DNA of 33,633 bases from a virus (lineage: Duplodnaviria > Heunggongvirae > Uroviricota > Caudoviricetes): the IMG/VR virus record IMGVR_UViG_2529292906_000021, one strand, 5' to 3'. How positions within the stretch are numbered: the first letter of the stretch is position 1; every line of letters starts with the position of its first letter. Positions 16,262 through 24,189 of this stretch are shown here, one piece after another. The notes under the pieces were generated by a model. The model did not search any database. It worked only from the letters and a program-made list of their open reading frames with translations, and had not been told where the DNA came from. The position numbers and the translations under genes were made by a program.

Positions 16262-17079
16262 AACTGGAAGATTTACCGAAATACTACTCCCCAAAATCCC
16301 CCGGCCTGACTGATGCATCGGCCTCAACGTCGAAAGATGCGCTGAGTATCACTGATGTGATGGCCGCGCAGGGCATGACACAGAATCGGGCTGAGATGGG
16401 GTTTTCTGCGTTCCTTGGGAAAATGGGCATTAGTATGAATGACAGAGAGCGGGCAACAGAATTGCTGACAGAATATGCACTCAGTCGGTGTGATCGCGTG
16501 GCGGCGTTAAGAAAACTCCCGGCAGAAATAAAACCGGTAGTGATGCGCATTATGGCTTCGTACGCTTTTGAGGATTATGCCCGCAGCGCAGCGAGTAAAA
16601 AGCAGTGCCCTTGTTGCTATGGGGAAAAATTTATTGAAAGCGTAGTTTTTACAAACAAGGTCCAGTATCCGGATGGTAAGCCGCCGGTATGGGCAAAGTG
16701 TACGAAAGGTGTGTATCCGTCTTACTGGGAAGAATGGAAAAAAGTCAGGGAGGTGGTAAAAGTTGCCTGTCCGGAGTGTGGCGGAAAGGGTGAGGTTTCC
16801 ACCGCCTGTAAGGATTGCCGTGGGCGTGGTGTCGCCATTCATCGTGAAGAGTCGGTAAAACGTGGTATGCCTGTTATCAGAGACTGCCAGCGTTGTGGTG
16901 GTCGTGGCTGTGAAAGACTACCATCAACGGAGGCATTTAATGCCATATGCAAAGTGACGAGTGCTATCACGCTTGATACGTGGAAAAAATCAGTGAAACG
17001 CTTTTACGATACGTTGGTGGTTCGGTTTGACATTGAAGAGGCATGGGCGGAGCGGCAGTTAAAGAGGGTAACGCGATAG
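16258..17079 (+). CDS. Late-gene antiterminator Q-like protein (QuuQ-type) with DnaJ-like CxxCxGxG zinc-finger repeats
   Basis: 273 aa; ATGA overlap with rusA; three CxxCxGxG repeats (CPECGGKG, CKDCRGRG, CQRCGGRG); lies immediately upstream of a lambda-like PR-prime/qut/tR-prime arrangement. Confidence 0.6.
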   Translation: MKLEDLPKYYSPKSPGLTDASASTSKDALSITDVMAAQGMTQNRAEMGFSAFLGKMGISMNDRERATELLTEYALSRCDRVAALRKLPAEIKPVVMRIMASYAFEDYARSAASKKQCPCCYGEKFIESVVFTNKVQYPDGKPPVWAKCTKGVYPSYWEEWKKVREVVKVACPECGGKGEVSTACKDCRGRGVAIHREESVKRGMPVIRDCQRCGGRGCERLPSTEAFNAICKVTSAITLDTWKKSVKRFYDTLVVRFDIEEAWAERQLKRVTR

Positions 17080-17084
17080 TGTTG

Positions 17085-17112
17085 TTGATTTTTCCCGAAT
17101 CTGTGGTAAATT
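17085..17112 (+). promoter_or_regulatory. Late promoter PR-prime-like with downstream qut-like sequence
   Basis: TTGATT (-35) - 16 bp - TAAATT (-10), followed by TTGCTCTAACGATGGGCG, which closely resembles the lambda PR-prime/qut region as I recall it. Confidence 0.5.
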
Positions 17113-17160
17113 TGCTCTAACGATGGGCGTTTTATGCCTGACGTTAGAAGATTTTTTACA

Positions 17161-17184
17161 CCCCGCCGCCTGGCGGGTTTTTTA
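17161..17184 (+). terminator. tR-prime-like rho-independent terminator
   Basis: CCCGCC-GCCT-GGCGGG hairpin followed by TTTTTT, about 50 nt downstream of the putative PR-prime start. Confidence 0.65.
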
Positions 17185-17305
17185 TGACTGAAATCGCGTC
17201 AGTACAGTAAACGCGCTGGTGGCGGTGAATACCTGTCTTTCAGCTTGCTGGCTTTTTCGACAAGAGTTATTGGTGTGTCACGTTAACCGGAAAAGGGAAA
17301 AAGAC

Positions 17306-17503
17306 ATGCTAAAACAGCAGGATATGACAGAAACCGCCAGAGTAGTGTTTAATGAATTAAGCGTTACCGAACCGGCGACAGTCGGGGAGATAGCGCAGAA
17401 TACTTACCTTTCACGCGAACGCTGCCAGTTAATACTGACCCAGCTGGTTATGGCGGGTCTGGCAGACTATCAGTTCGGTTGTTACAGACGCCTTCCGCAG
17501 TGA
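17306..17503 (+). CDS. Hypothetical small protein (first late-operon ORF)
   Basis: 65 aa from the ATG at 17306 (AAGGGAAAAAG upstream; the six-frame ORF extends to 17219); a hairpin plus T-run overlaps the stop (17490-17514). Confidence 0.45.
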   Translation: MLKQQDMTETARVVFNELSVTEPATVGEIAQNTYLSRERCQLILTQLVMAGLADYQFGCYRRLPQ

Positions 17504-17653
17504 AGGCTTTTTTATTTGTGGTAAATGGGCGGCTGGTGGGTGTTAGGGGCACCCACCAGCCATCTGCTCATGCGTTGGGTTCACAAGCAAACCTCAGGCC
17601 CACTGCTTTGCGCAAAAGCAGAATGAGCCTATCAGAGACAGGCTTAATGATCC

Positions 17654-18703
17654 ATGCTTAATACTGTAAAAATATCCAGTTGTGAGTTAATCAACGCCGA
17701 CTGCCTGGAATTTATCCGGTCGTTACCCGAAAATTCTGTTGACCTGATAGTCACGGACCCGCCGTACTTTAAAGTGAAGCCTGAAGGCTGGGATAACCAG
17801 TGGAAGGGCGACGATGATTACCTGAAGTGGCTGGACCAGTGTCTGGCGCAGTTCTGGCGGGTGCTGAAACCTGCCGGAAGTCTTTACCTGTTCTGTGGTC
17901 ATCGCCTGGCATCTGATATCGAAATCATGATGCGTGAACGCTTCAGTGTGCTGAACCATATTATCTGGGCGAAGCCGTCCGGACGCTGGAACGGATGCAA
18001 CAAGGAAAGCCTGCGGGCGTATTTCCCCGCCACAGAGCGCATTCTGTTCGCGGAACATTATCAGGGGCCGTATCGTCCGAAAGATGCCGGGTATGCGGCG
18101 AAGGGCAGTGCACTGAAACAGCATGTGATGGCCCCGCTGATTTCTTACTTTCGTGATGCGCGCGCGGCCCTGGGGATAACGGCAAAACAGATTGCAGATG
18201 TCACAGGAAAGAAAAACATGGTGTCGCACTGGTTCAGTGCCAGTCAGTGGCAGCTACCGAACGAAAGCGATTATCTGAAATTACAGTCGCTGTTTGCCCG
18301 GGTGGCAGAAGAGAAACATCAGCGCGGTGAACTGGAAAAGCCCCACCACCAGCTGGTGGATACGTATACGTCACTGAACCGGCAGTATGTGGAGCTGCAG
18401 AGTGAATATAAGCATCTGCGGCGGTATTTTGGTGTGACGGCGCAGGTGCCGTACACGGATGTGTGGACACATAAACCGGTGCAGTTCTATCCCGGGAAAC
18501 ATCCGTGCGAAAAACCGGCAGAAATGCTGCAGCAGATAATCAGCGCAAGCAGTCGTCCGGGTGACCTGGTTGCAGATTTTTTTATGGGCTCAGGTTCAAC
18601 GGTAAAAGCGGCACTGGCGCTCGGGCGTCGTGCGATTGGCGTTGAACTGGAGACCGGACGTTTTGAGCAGACAGTCAGGGAAGTTCAGGATTTAATCGTT
18701 TGA
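17654..18703 (+). CDS. Phage DNA methyltransferase (amino-methyltransferase, DPPY motif)
   Basis: 349 aa; motif IV …LIVTDPPYF…; C-terminal AdoMet-binding-like …FFMGSGST…; likely an orphan N6-adenine (or N4-cytosine) MTase. Confidence 0.85.
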   Translation: MLNTVKISSCELINADCLEFIRSLPENSVDLIVTDPPYFKVKPEGWDNQWKGDDDYLKWLDQCLAQFWRVLKPAGSLYLFCGHRLASDIEIMMRERFSVLNHIIWAKPSGRWNGCNKESLRAYFPATERILFAEHYQGPYRPKDAGYAAKGSALKQHVMAPLISYFRDARAALGITAKQIADVTGKKNMVSHWFSASQWQLPNESDYLKLQSLFARVAEEKHQRGELEKPHHQLVDTYTSLNRQYVELQSEYKHLRRYFGVTAQVPYTDVWTHKPVQFYPGKHPCEKPAEMLQQIISASSRPGDLVADFFMGSGSTVKAALALGRRAIGVELETGRFEQTVREVQDLIV

Positions 18704-18752
18704 AACGGATGAGATTGCAGAATTAATTACGCACCATTATTATTCTGCTCCC

Positions 18753-18828
18753 GGCCCTTTAGCTCAGTGGTGAGAGCGAGCGACTCATAATCGCCAGGTC
18801 GCTGGTTCAAATCCAGCAAGGGCCACCA
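18753..18828 (+). tRNA. ileZ: tRNA with CAU anticodon (Ile2/lysidine type, ileZ-like)
   Basis: 76 nt with cloverleaf and 3' CCA; anticodon loop CUCAUAA; close to my recollection of E. coli ileX. Confidence 0.8.
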
Positions 18829-18835
18829 TCACATA

Positions 18836-18912
18836 CCGCCATTAGCTCATCAGGAAAGAGCGCCAGCCTTCGAAGCTGGTCGCGCGGAGTTCGGGTCCCC
18901 GAAGGCGGTCCA
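18836..18912 (+). tRNA. argN: tRNA-Arg (anticodon UCG), argN-like
   Basis: 77 nt; acceptor stem with one mismatch; anticodon loop CUUCGAA; 3' CCA present. Confidence 0.65.
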
Positions 18913-18925
18913 TTATCTGTATCCT

Positions 18926-19002
18926 GCGTTGTTAGCTCAGCCGGACAGAGCAATTGCCTTCTAAGCAATCGGTCACTGGTTCGAATCCAGTACAACGCGC
19001 CA
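18926..19002 (+). tRNA. argO: tRNA-Arg (anticodon UCU), argO-like
   Basis: 77 nt; acceptor GCGTTGT/ACAACGC; D-loop AGCTCAGCCGGA; anticodon loop CUUCUAA; T-loop GGTTCGAATCC; 3' CCA. Confidence 0.8.
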
Positions 19003-19017
19003 CACTTATTTTCCCTG

Positions 19018-19041
19018 GCTCGCTTTTGCGGGCTTTTTTTT
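19018..19041 (+). terminator. Rho-independent terminator after the tRNA cluster
   Basis: GCTCGC-TTTT-GCGGGC hairpin followed by an 8-T run. Confidence 0.6.
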
Positions 19042-19047
19042 AAATGT

Positions 19048-19262
19048 CTCACAATTCAGGCGGTTGACTGTTGTCTGGTTTGCGGGGAGTTTGTTAAAAG
19101 AAACTGGCATGGTGAATCCCCCTGTGCGGAGGGGCAATCAGCGAGTAGGTATATGGGATAATCGCGGATTCAGGTGCTGGTACTGAATTCACCGGGAGGC
19201 ACCCGGCACCATGCAATGGCACATAGCGCCACTCTCCAGCCCCTCTCCGGAGGGGCTTTTCT
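19048..19262 (+). repeat. Copy 1 of a ~215-235-bp paralogous element ending in an intrinsic terminator (candidate small RNA unit)
   Basis: Shares with copy 2: CTCACAATTCAG…TTGAC…ATGGTGAATCCCCCTG(T/A)GCGGAGGGGC…TCACCGGGAGGCACCCGGCACCATG…GCCCCTCTCCGGAGGGGC + T-run. Confidence 0.5.
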
Positions 19263-19451
19263 GTGCCGGATACATCACAGTTTCTGGAACCTTAGGTACT
19301 ACAGTATCAGTCAGGGTGCTATATTTTCAGATGTGATGAAAGCCTGTCAGCAGGCAGGGCGTATCGGAAATGACCCAGTAGAGAAAACGTTGACTCAGAT
19401 ACCGGTGCTGAGTTACCGGGAAACCGGCATCACATGACCGCTATCCTTCCA

Positions 19452-19478
19452 GGCCCATCCGCTCCGGTGGGCCTTTTT
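19452..19478 (+). terminator. Rho-independent terminator preceding element copy 2
   Basis: GGCCCA-(10 nt)-TGGGCC hairpin followed by TTTTT. Confidence 0.5.
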
Positions 19479-19515
19479 ACTGCAGAAAACAGGTTCCCCG
19501 TTAAATGCTATGTTG

Positions 19516-19749
19516 CTCACAATTCAGTAAGTTGACAGTTGCCTGTCAGACTGGGCATTTGTTAAAAAAATTTCGCATGGTGAATCCCCCTGAGCGGAGG
19601 GGCGACTGGTGACGGTATAATCTCTGATTATCAAAACGAGAATGACGCGGGTTTAGTGGCACCGGACTGAACTCACCGGGAGGCACCCGGCACCATGTGC
19701 ATGATGATACAGATACGCGGCTTTAGCCCCTCTCCGGAGGGGCTTTCTT
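19516..19749 (+). repeat. Copy 2 of the paralogous element (candidate small RNA unit)
   Basis: Same conserved blocks and identical terminal hairpin GCCCCTCTCCGGAGGGGC + TTTCTT; contains TTGACA and TATAAT hexamers, though not at canonical spacing. Confidence 0.5.
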
Positions 19750-19977
19750 ATGGACAAAAAAAGCCCGCGCTGGGAGACGCGGGCGGCAAGGAATAAACAA
19801 TAAAACGTGAAGTAATATTTCAGCTGGCGAATAATACCCCATAGTAATCACTCTGCGCAACTGCGCGGTCTTTTTCGAATTGCGGGCTGTAGTCTCCCTT
19901 CTGCCATTGTCCTGTAACTTCCGGACTTCAGCCTGCTCCTTATCTGACTCACAACATTATCCCGCCCGGGAGGATTC

Positions 19978-21831
19978 ATGGCATTTAAACACTATGACGT
20001 GGTCAGGGCGGCATCGCCGTCAGACCTTGCGAAACGACTGACACAAAAACTGAAGGAGGGCTGGCAGCCGTTTGGTAGTCCGGTGGCCATAACCCCTTAT
20101 ACCCTGATGCAGGCGATTGCAGCAGAAGGTGATGTGGTCGTCAGTGGTGCAACTGAGCCGGAGTGGTACTACGTCATCGTACTGGCCGGGCAATCCAATG
20201 CCATGGCTTACGGTGAAGGGCTTCCGCTTCCGGATTCATACGATGCGCCCCATCCGCGCATTAAGCAACTGGCCCGTCGTAACACAGTGACTCCCGGTGG
20301 TGAAGTATGCGTATTTAACGACATCATTCCTGCTGACCATTGTCTGCATGATGTTCAGGATATGAGTACGATTAACCATCCCCGGGCTGACCTGAGCAAA
20401 GGGCAGTACGGCTGTGTCGGACAGGGCTTACATATTGCCAAAAAACTGCTTCCGTATATCCCTAATAATGCGGGGATCCTGCTGGTACCATGCTGTCGTG
20501 GTGGTTCGGCATTCACCCAGGGCACGGAGGGGACATTCAGCGAGTCCACGGGAGCCAGTCAGGATTCGGCTCGCTGGGGAGTGGGTAAGCCGTTATATCA
20601 GGATCTGCTTTTCCGCACGAAGGCAGCATTGCAGAAAAACCCGAAAAACGTTTTGCTGGCGATATGCTGGATGCAGGGGGAATTCGATATGACGAATGCC
20701 AGTTACGCCCAGCAGCCAGCAGCATTTCTTGCAATGGTACAGCAGTTCCGTGCTGACCTTGCCGGGCTGGCAGCGCAGTGTCACGGTGGAAGTCCGGCAT
20801 CAGTCCCCTGGATTTGTGGCGACACGACATACGCGTGGAAACAAGAACACGGTACGCAATATGAAGTGGTATATGGTGCATATAAAGGTAAAGAATCCCA
20901 GCAGATTTATTTTGTTCCCTTTATGACCGATGGTAGCGGAGTTAATACACCGACAAACAACCCGTCAGAAGATCCTGATATTGCCGGGTCTGGTTATTAC
21001 GGTTCGGCATCCCGAACGAACAAAAACTGGGTATCATCAAATCGCCCGACGCATTTCAGCTCATGGGCGCGTCGTGGCATTATTCCCGATCGTATGGCAA
21101 CTGCTATTCTGAACGTAGCCGGTCGCACCTTAGCCTTCATTAGTGGTAAGGCACCGGAAATCAAACCCTCGCCCGGCGGCGACACGCCATTGGGGCCGTC
21201 TGAAGATGCATCCATACGCACAATCTCCCTGTTGCCGACAGCCGGAGACGCTGCTGCGCAGGGCTGGAGCATTAAGAATGGCGGAATTCAGTTGTCAGAT
21301 GGTGTATTTAAGATCACCAAGCAGAGCAATAAAGCCTGGTCCCTGACGCGCCCGGTGGATGACGCAGTCTCCCTGCTGACACGGGGTGGCAGACTGAGCT
21401 GTAAGTTTCGACTGTCAGGCGCACTGACCAACAATCAGTTCGGTCTGGGAACTTATCTGTATACCGATGTAGCGTTACCTGACGTCGTGGCGATGACCGG
21501 GACTGGTAACCCGTTCCTGATGTCGTTCTTCACCCAGACCACAGACGGCAAACTGAATCTGATGCATCACAAGAAAGCAGGAAACACAAAGTTGGGGGAG
21601 TTTGGCGATTACGGTAACGACTGGCAGACGCTGGAGCTGGTGTTCACCGCCGGCAGTGCCACGGTTACTCCGAAACTGAATGGAGTGGCTGGCCCGGCAT
21701 TCCAGGTCATAAAAGACAGTCTGACACTGGGGCTGAATGCGCTGACGCTGACGGATGTTACAAAAAATGCAGCGTATGGCGTTGAGATAGAAAGTCTGGT
21801 GCTGGAGATAAATGCACCGGCATCATCATAA
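19978..21831 (+). CDS. nanS: Prophage sialate O-acetylesterase (NanS-p-like, SASA/DUF303 family)
   Basis: 617 aa; N-terminal esterase region with …VIVLAGQSNAMAYGEG… (GQSN motif of SASA-type esterases); located downstream of the tRNA cluster and upstream of lysis genes, as for nanS-p in Stx-type phages; RBS GGGAGGA. Confidence 0.75.
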   Translation: MAFKHYDVVRAASPSDLAKRLTQKLKEGWQPFGSPVAITPYTLMQAIAAEGDVVVSGATEPEWYYVIVLAGQSNAMAYGEGLPLPDSYDAPHPRIKQLARRNTVTPGGEVCVFNDIIPADHCLHDVQDMSTINHPRADLSKGQYGCVGQGLHIAKKLLPYIPNNAGILLVPCCRGGSAFTQGTEGTFSESTGASQDSARWGVGKPLYQDLLFRTKAALQKNPKNVLLAICWMQGEFDMTNASYAQQPAAFLAMVQQFRADLAGLAAQCHGGSPASVPWICGDTTYAWKQEHGTQYEVVYGAYKGKESQQIYFVPFMTDGSGVNTPTNNPSEDPDIAGSGYYGSASRTNKNWVSSNRPTHFSSWARRGIIPDRMATAILNVAGRTLAFISGKAPEIKPSPGGDTPLGPSEDASIRTISLLPTAGDAAAQGWSIKNGGIQLSDGVFKITKQSNKAWSLTRPVDDAVSLLTRGGRLSCKFRLSGALTNNQFGLGTYLYTDVALPDVVAMTGTGNPFLMSFFTQTTDGKLNLMHHKKAGNTKLGEFGDYGNDWQTLELVFTAGSATVTPKLNGVAGPAFQVIKDSLTLGLNALTLTDVTKNAAYGVEIESLVLEINAPASS

Positions 21832-21981
21832 AAAGTGAGCCAGCCAAATGGAAGGTATCGTTAAACTCACCGGTAGTGTCAGTGGGTCGTCTGAGATGCC
21901 TGCATGAGTTATCAGAGCCATCAGTACTTAACTGGTGGCTTTTTTTATTGTTGTCAGCTTCCGGATAACGGGAGACGGGGT

Positions 21982-22197
21982 ATGTACCAGATGGAAAAAA
22001 TCACAACAGGTGTGTCATACACCACGTCAGCGGTGGGAACGGGCTACTGGTTCCTGCAGTTGCTGGACAGGGTTTCCCCGTCTCAGTGGGCGGCAATAGG
22101 CGTGCTGGGGAGTCTGCTGTTTGGGCTGCTGACATATCTGACTAACCTGTATTTCAAAATCAGAGAGGACCGTCGTAAGGCTGCACGGGGAGAGTAA
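21982..22197 (+). CDS. Class II holin (phage 21 S-like pinholin)
   Basis: 71 aa with dual start (MYQMEK…), two TM segments and charged C-terminus …[22 protein letters not shown], very close to my recollection of S21. Confidence 0.8.
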   Translation: MYQMEKITTGVSYTTSAVGTGYWFLQLLDRVSPSQWAAIGVLGSLLFGLLTYLTNLYFKIREDRRKAARGE

Positions 22198-22201
22198 TTC
22201 A

Positions 22202-22546
22202 ATGACTCAAAACTATGAACTGATTGTGAAAGGGATCCGCAATTTTGAGAATAAAGTTACGGTAACTTTAGCGTTACGGGACAAAAAACGCTTTGACGGT
22301 GAAATTTTTGACCTGGACATCTCGCTGGACCGTGTTGAAGGTGCCGCGCTGGAGTTTTATGAGGCAGCAGCCAGAAGGAGCATCAGACAGGTCTTCCTGG
22401 ATGTTGCTGCCGGGTTATGTGAAGGGGATGAGCAGTCGCCGGAAAAGCGCCCCGTAATTTTAGAGGCGCAGGATGTGTTGATAACCTACAGAGGAAAACT
22501 ACCGGGAATAATTACGGGTTCTCTGAAGAGTCCGCCGAAATGGTAA
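22202..22546 (+). CDS. Hypothetical protein inserted between holin and endolysin
   Basis: 114 aa; GGGGAGAG RBS; ATG 5 nt after the holin stop; no recognisable domain. Confidence 0.55.
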   Translation: MTQNYELIVKGIRNFENKVTVTLALRDKKRFDGEIFDLDISLDRVEGAALEFYEAAARRSIRQVFLDVAAGLCEGDEQSPEKRPVILEAQDVLITYRGKLPGIITGSLKSPPKW

Positions 22547-22784
22547 TTTTACCAGCATATTTTTCATCCAGTAATACAGCAAGCCGCCTGAAAGAGTCTT
22601 GTTGTTCCTGAGACCATTTGGGATTGCATGATTCAAACTGGATTGATGCCAGCGTTGATTGCATCTGTTCCCTTGGAATTGAGAATGCCAGATATGAGAA
22701 GGCGACGGTAAGGGTATTCACGTCTTCCCGAAGCCTGGAAATGCTGTCGAGCAACTCCTGTAGAGAAATGGTGTTATTGTCCAT
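22512..22784 (-). CDS. Hypothetical protein, convergent with 22202-22546
   Basis: 90 aa; GAGGA RBS 8 nt upstream of the ATG at 22784; 3' end overlaps the convergent gene by 35 bp; a hairpin at 22815-22834 lies upstream. Confidence 0.5.
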   Translation of the reverse strand: MDNNTISLQELLDSISRLREDVNTLTVAFSYLAFSIPREQMQSTLASIQFESCNPKWSQEQQDSFRRLAVLLDEKYAGKITISADSSENP

Positions 22785-22889
22785 AAATAATCCTCATGAT
22801 TGTATTGACCTGTTAGCAGCCTGAGGCAACAGGCTGGAACTGATAAACATATCCAGGGCTCAGAAACCGATAAATCCTGATAAATATCC

Positions 22890-23423
22890 ATGAACGCAAA
22901 AATCAGATACGGCCTGTCGGCTGCCGTTCTGGCGCTGATTGCCGCTGGTGCGCCTGCGCCTGACATTCTCGACCAGTTTCTGGATGAAAAGGAAGGTAAC
23001 CACACCACGGCATACCGTGATGGCGCGGGTATCTGGACCATCTGCCGCGGTGCCATCCTGGTGGATGGCAAACCTGTCGTTCCGGGCATGAAGTTGTCGA
23101 AGGAAAAATGCGACCGGGTTAACGCCATTGAGCGTGATAAGGCGCTGGCATGGGTGGAGAAAAACATCAGAGTGCCATTGAGTGAACCCCAGAAAGCGGG
23201 GATCGCGTCATTCTGTCCGTACAACATTGGTCCCGGTAAGTGTTTCCCGTCGACGTTTTATAAACGAATTAATGCAGGTGATCGCAGGGGAGCGTGTGAG
23301 GCGATTCGCTGGTGGATTAAGGACGGTGGCAGAGACTGCCGTATCCGCTCAAATAACTGTTATGGTCAGGTATCCCGTCGTGACCAGGAGAGCGCGCTGG
23401 CGTGCTGGGGAATCGACAGATAA
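22890..23423 (+). CDS. SAR endolysin (phage lysozyme with N-terminal signal-arrest-release domain)
   Basis: 177 aa; N-terminal weakly hydrophobic Gly/Ala-rich segment (…YGLSAAVLALIAAGAPAP…) followed by a lysozyme core (…EGNHTTAYRDGAGIWTICRG…); matches the pinholin/SAR pairing. Confidence 0.85.
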   Translation: MNAKIRYGLSAAVLALIAAGAPAPDILDQFLDEKEGNHTTAYRDGAGIWTICRGAILVDGKPVVPGMKLSKEKCDRVNAIERDKALAWVEKNIRVPLSEPQKAGIASFCPYNIGPGKCFPSTFYKRINAGDRRGACEAIRWWIKDGGRDCRIRSNNCYGQVSRRDQESALACWGIDR

Positions 23424-23582
23424 GCAGAATATTTTGCTGAAAAATAAGGCATGGCCACGCGGGCGGATAACATGAAATCCTGCGAACTGGCGAAACGTAA
23501 GTGAATAAAAGTAAAAACCCCGTTTGTTGGCACCAAGCGGGGTTTTGTGTTTCCTGACTCCGGAAAAGTCAAAGGAGAAAGT

Positions 23583-23720
23583 GTGTTTGATTTTAGCAAA
23601 CTGATTCGGGAGATTCGAGTGATGGCTGAAAAATTATCCACCTGGAAGTTCATTCTTATCTGGCTGGTGTTTGTGATTATGGCCTCCGGTTATTTCATCG
23701 GTCAGATACGCTGGTGGTGA
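23583..23720 (+). CDS. Putative small membrane protein between endolysin and Rz
   Basis: 45-aa ORF from GTG with AAGGAG 5-7 nt upstream; one predicted TM helix ([20 protein letters not shown]); stop 1 nt before the Rz start; too short for the ORF track. Confidence 0.3.
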   Translation: MFDFSKLIREIRVMAEKLSTWKFILIWLVFVIMASGYFIGQIRWW

Positions 23721-23721
23721 A

Positions 23722-24189
23722 ATGAACCGCGTACTGTGCGTGGTCATCATTGCCCTGCTGGTGGCCTGTGGTGCGCTTAGTCTGGGGCTGAATCATTACC
23801 GTGATAACGCCATTACCTACAAAGCCCAGCGCGACAAAAATGTCAGAGAACTGAAGCTGGCGAACGCGGCAATTACTGACATGCAGATGCGTCAGCGTGA
23901 TGTTGCTGCGCTCGATGCAAAATACACGAAGGAGTTAGCTGATGCGAAAGCTGAAAATGAAACTCTTCGCGCTGACGTTGCCGCTGGTCGTAAGCGCCTG
24001 CGTATCAACGCCACCTGTCCAGGTCCCGTGCGTGAAGCCACCGGCACCGCCCGCGTGGATAATGCAACCGGCCCCCAACTGGCAGACACCGTTACACGGG
24101 ATTATTTCACCCTCAGAGAGCGGCTGATGACGATGCAGAAGCAACTGGAAGGGGCGCAGGAATATATCCGTACTCAGTGCCTGAAATAA
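23722..24189 (+). CDS. Rz i-spanin
   Basis: 155 aa; N-terminal TM then coiled-coil; conserved …[17 protein letters not shown]…[22 protein letters not shown]…. Confidence 0.85.
   Translation: MNRVLCVVIIALLVACGALSLGLNHYRDNAITYKAQRDKNVRELKLANAAITDMQMRQRDVAALDAKYTKELADAKAENETLRADVAAGRKRLRINATCPGPVREATGTARVDNATGPQLADTVTRDYFTLRERLMTMQKQLEGAQEYIRTQCLK
23942..24127 (+). CDS. Rz1 o-spanin lipoprotein (embedded in Rz, +1 frame)
   Basis: 61 aa; signal peptide with lipobox (…LVVSAC…); proline-rich mature region …[22 protein letters not shown]…. Confidence 0.75.
   Translation: MRKLKMKLFALTLPLVVSACVSTPPVQVPCVKPPAPPAWIMQPAPNWQTPLHGIISPSESG

Noticed and set aside
17723-18470. Minus-strand ORFs of 168, 78 and 74 aa
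   Set aside because: Antisense to the DNA methyltransferase gene with its conserved DPPY motif; no independent support.
18807-19052. 81-aa minus-strand ORF
   Set aside because: Entirely overlaps the tRNA genes and terminator on the opposite strand; a translation artefact.
19174-19437. 87-aa ORF in the stx-equivalent gap (possible toxin or cargo gene)
   Set aside because: No RBS, no similarity to Stx A or B subunits, and it runs across the hairpin/terminator structures of the repeated element; the gap is too short for stxAB. Treated as non-coding.
19048-19749. Tandem paralogous elements considered as a possible CRISPR array
   Set aside because: Only two long (~220-bp) copies with internal divergence; no short regular repeat-spacer periodicity and no cas genes.
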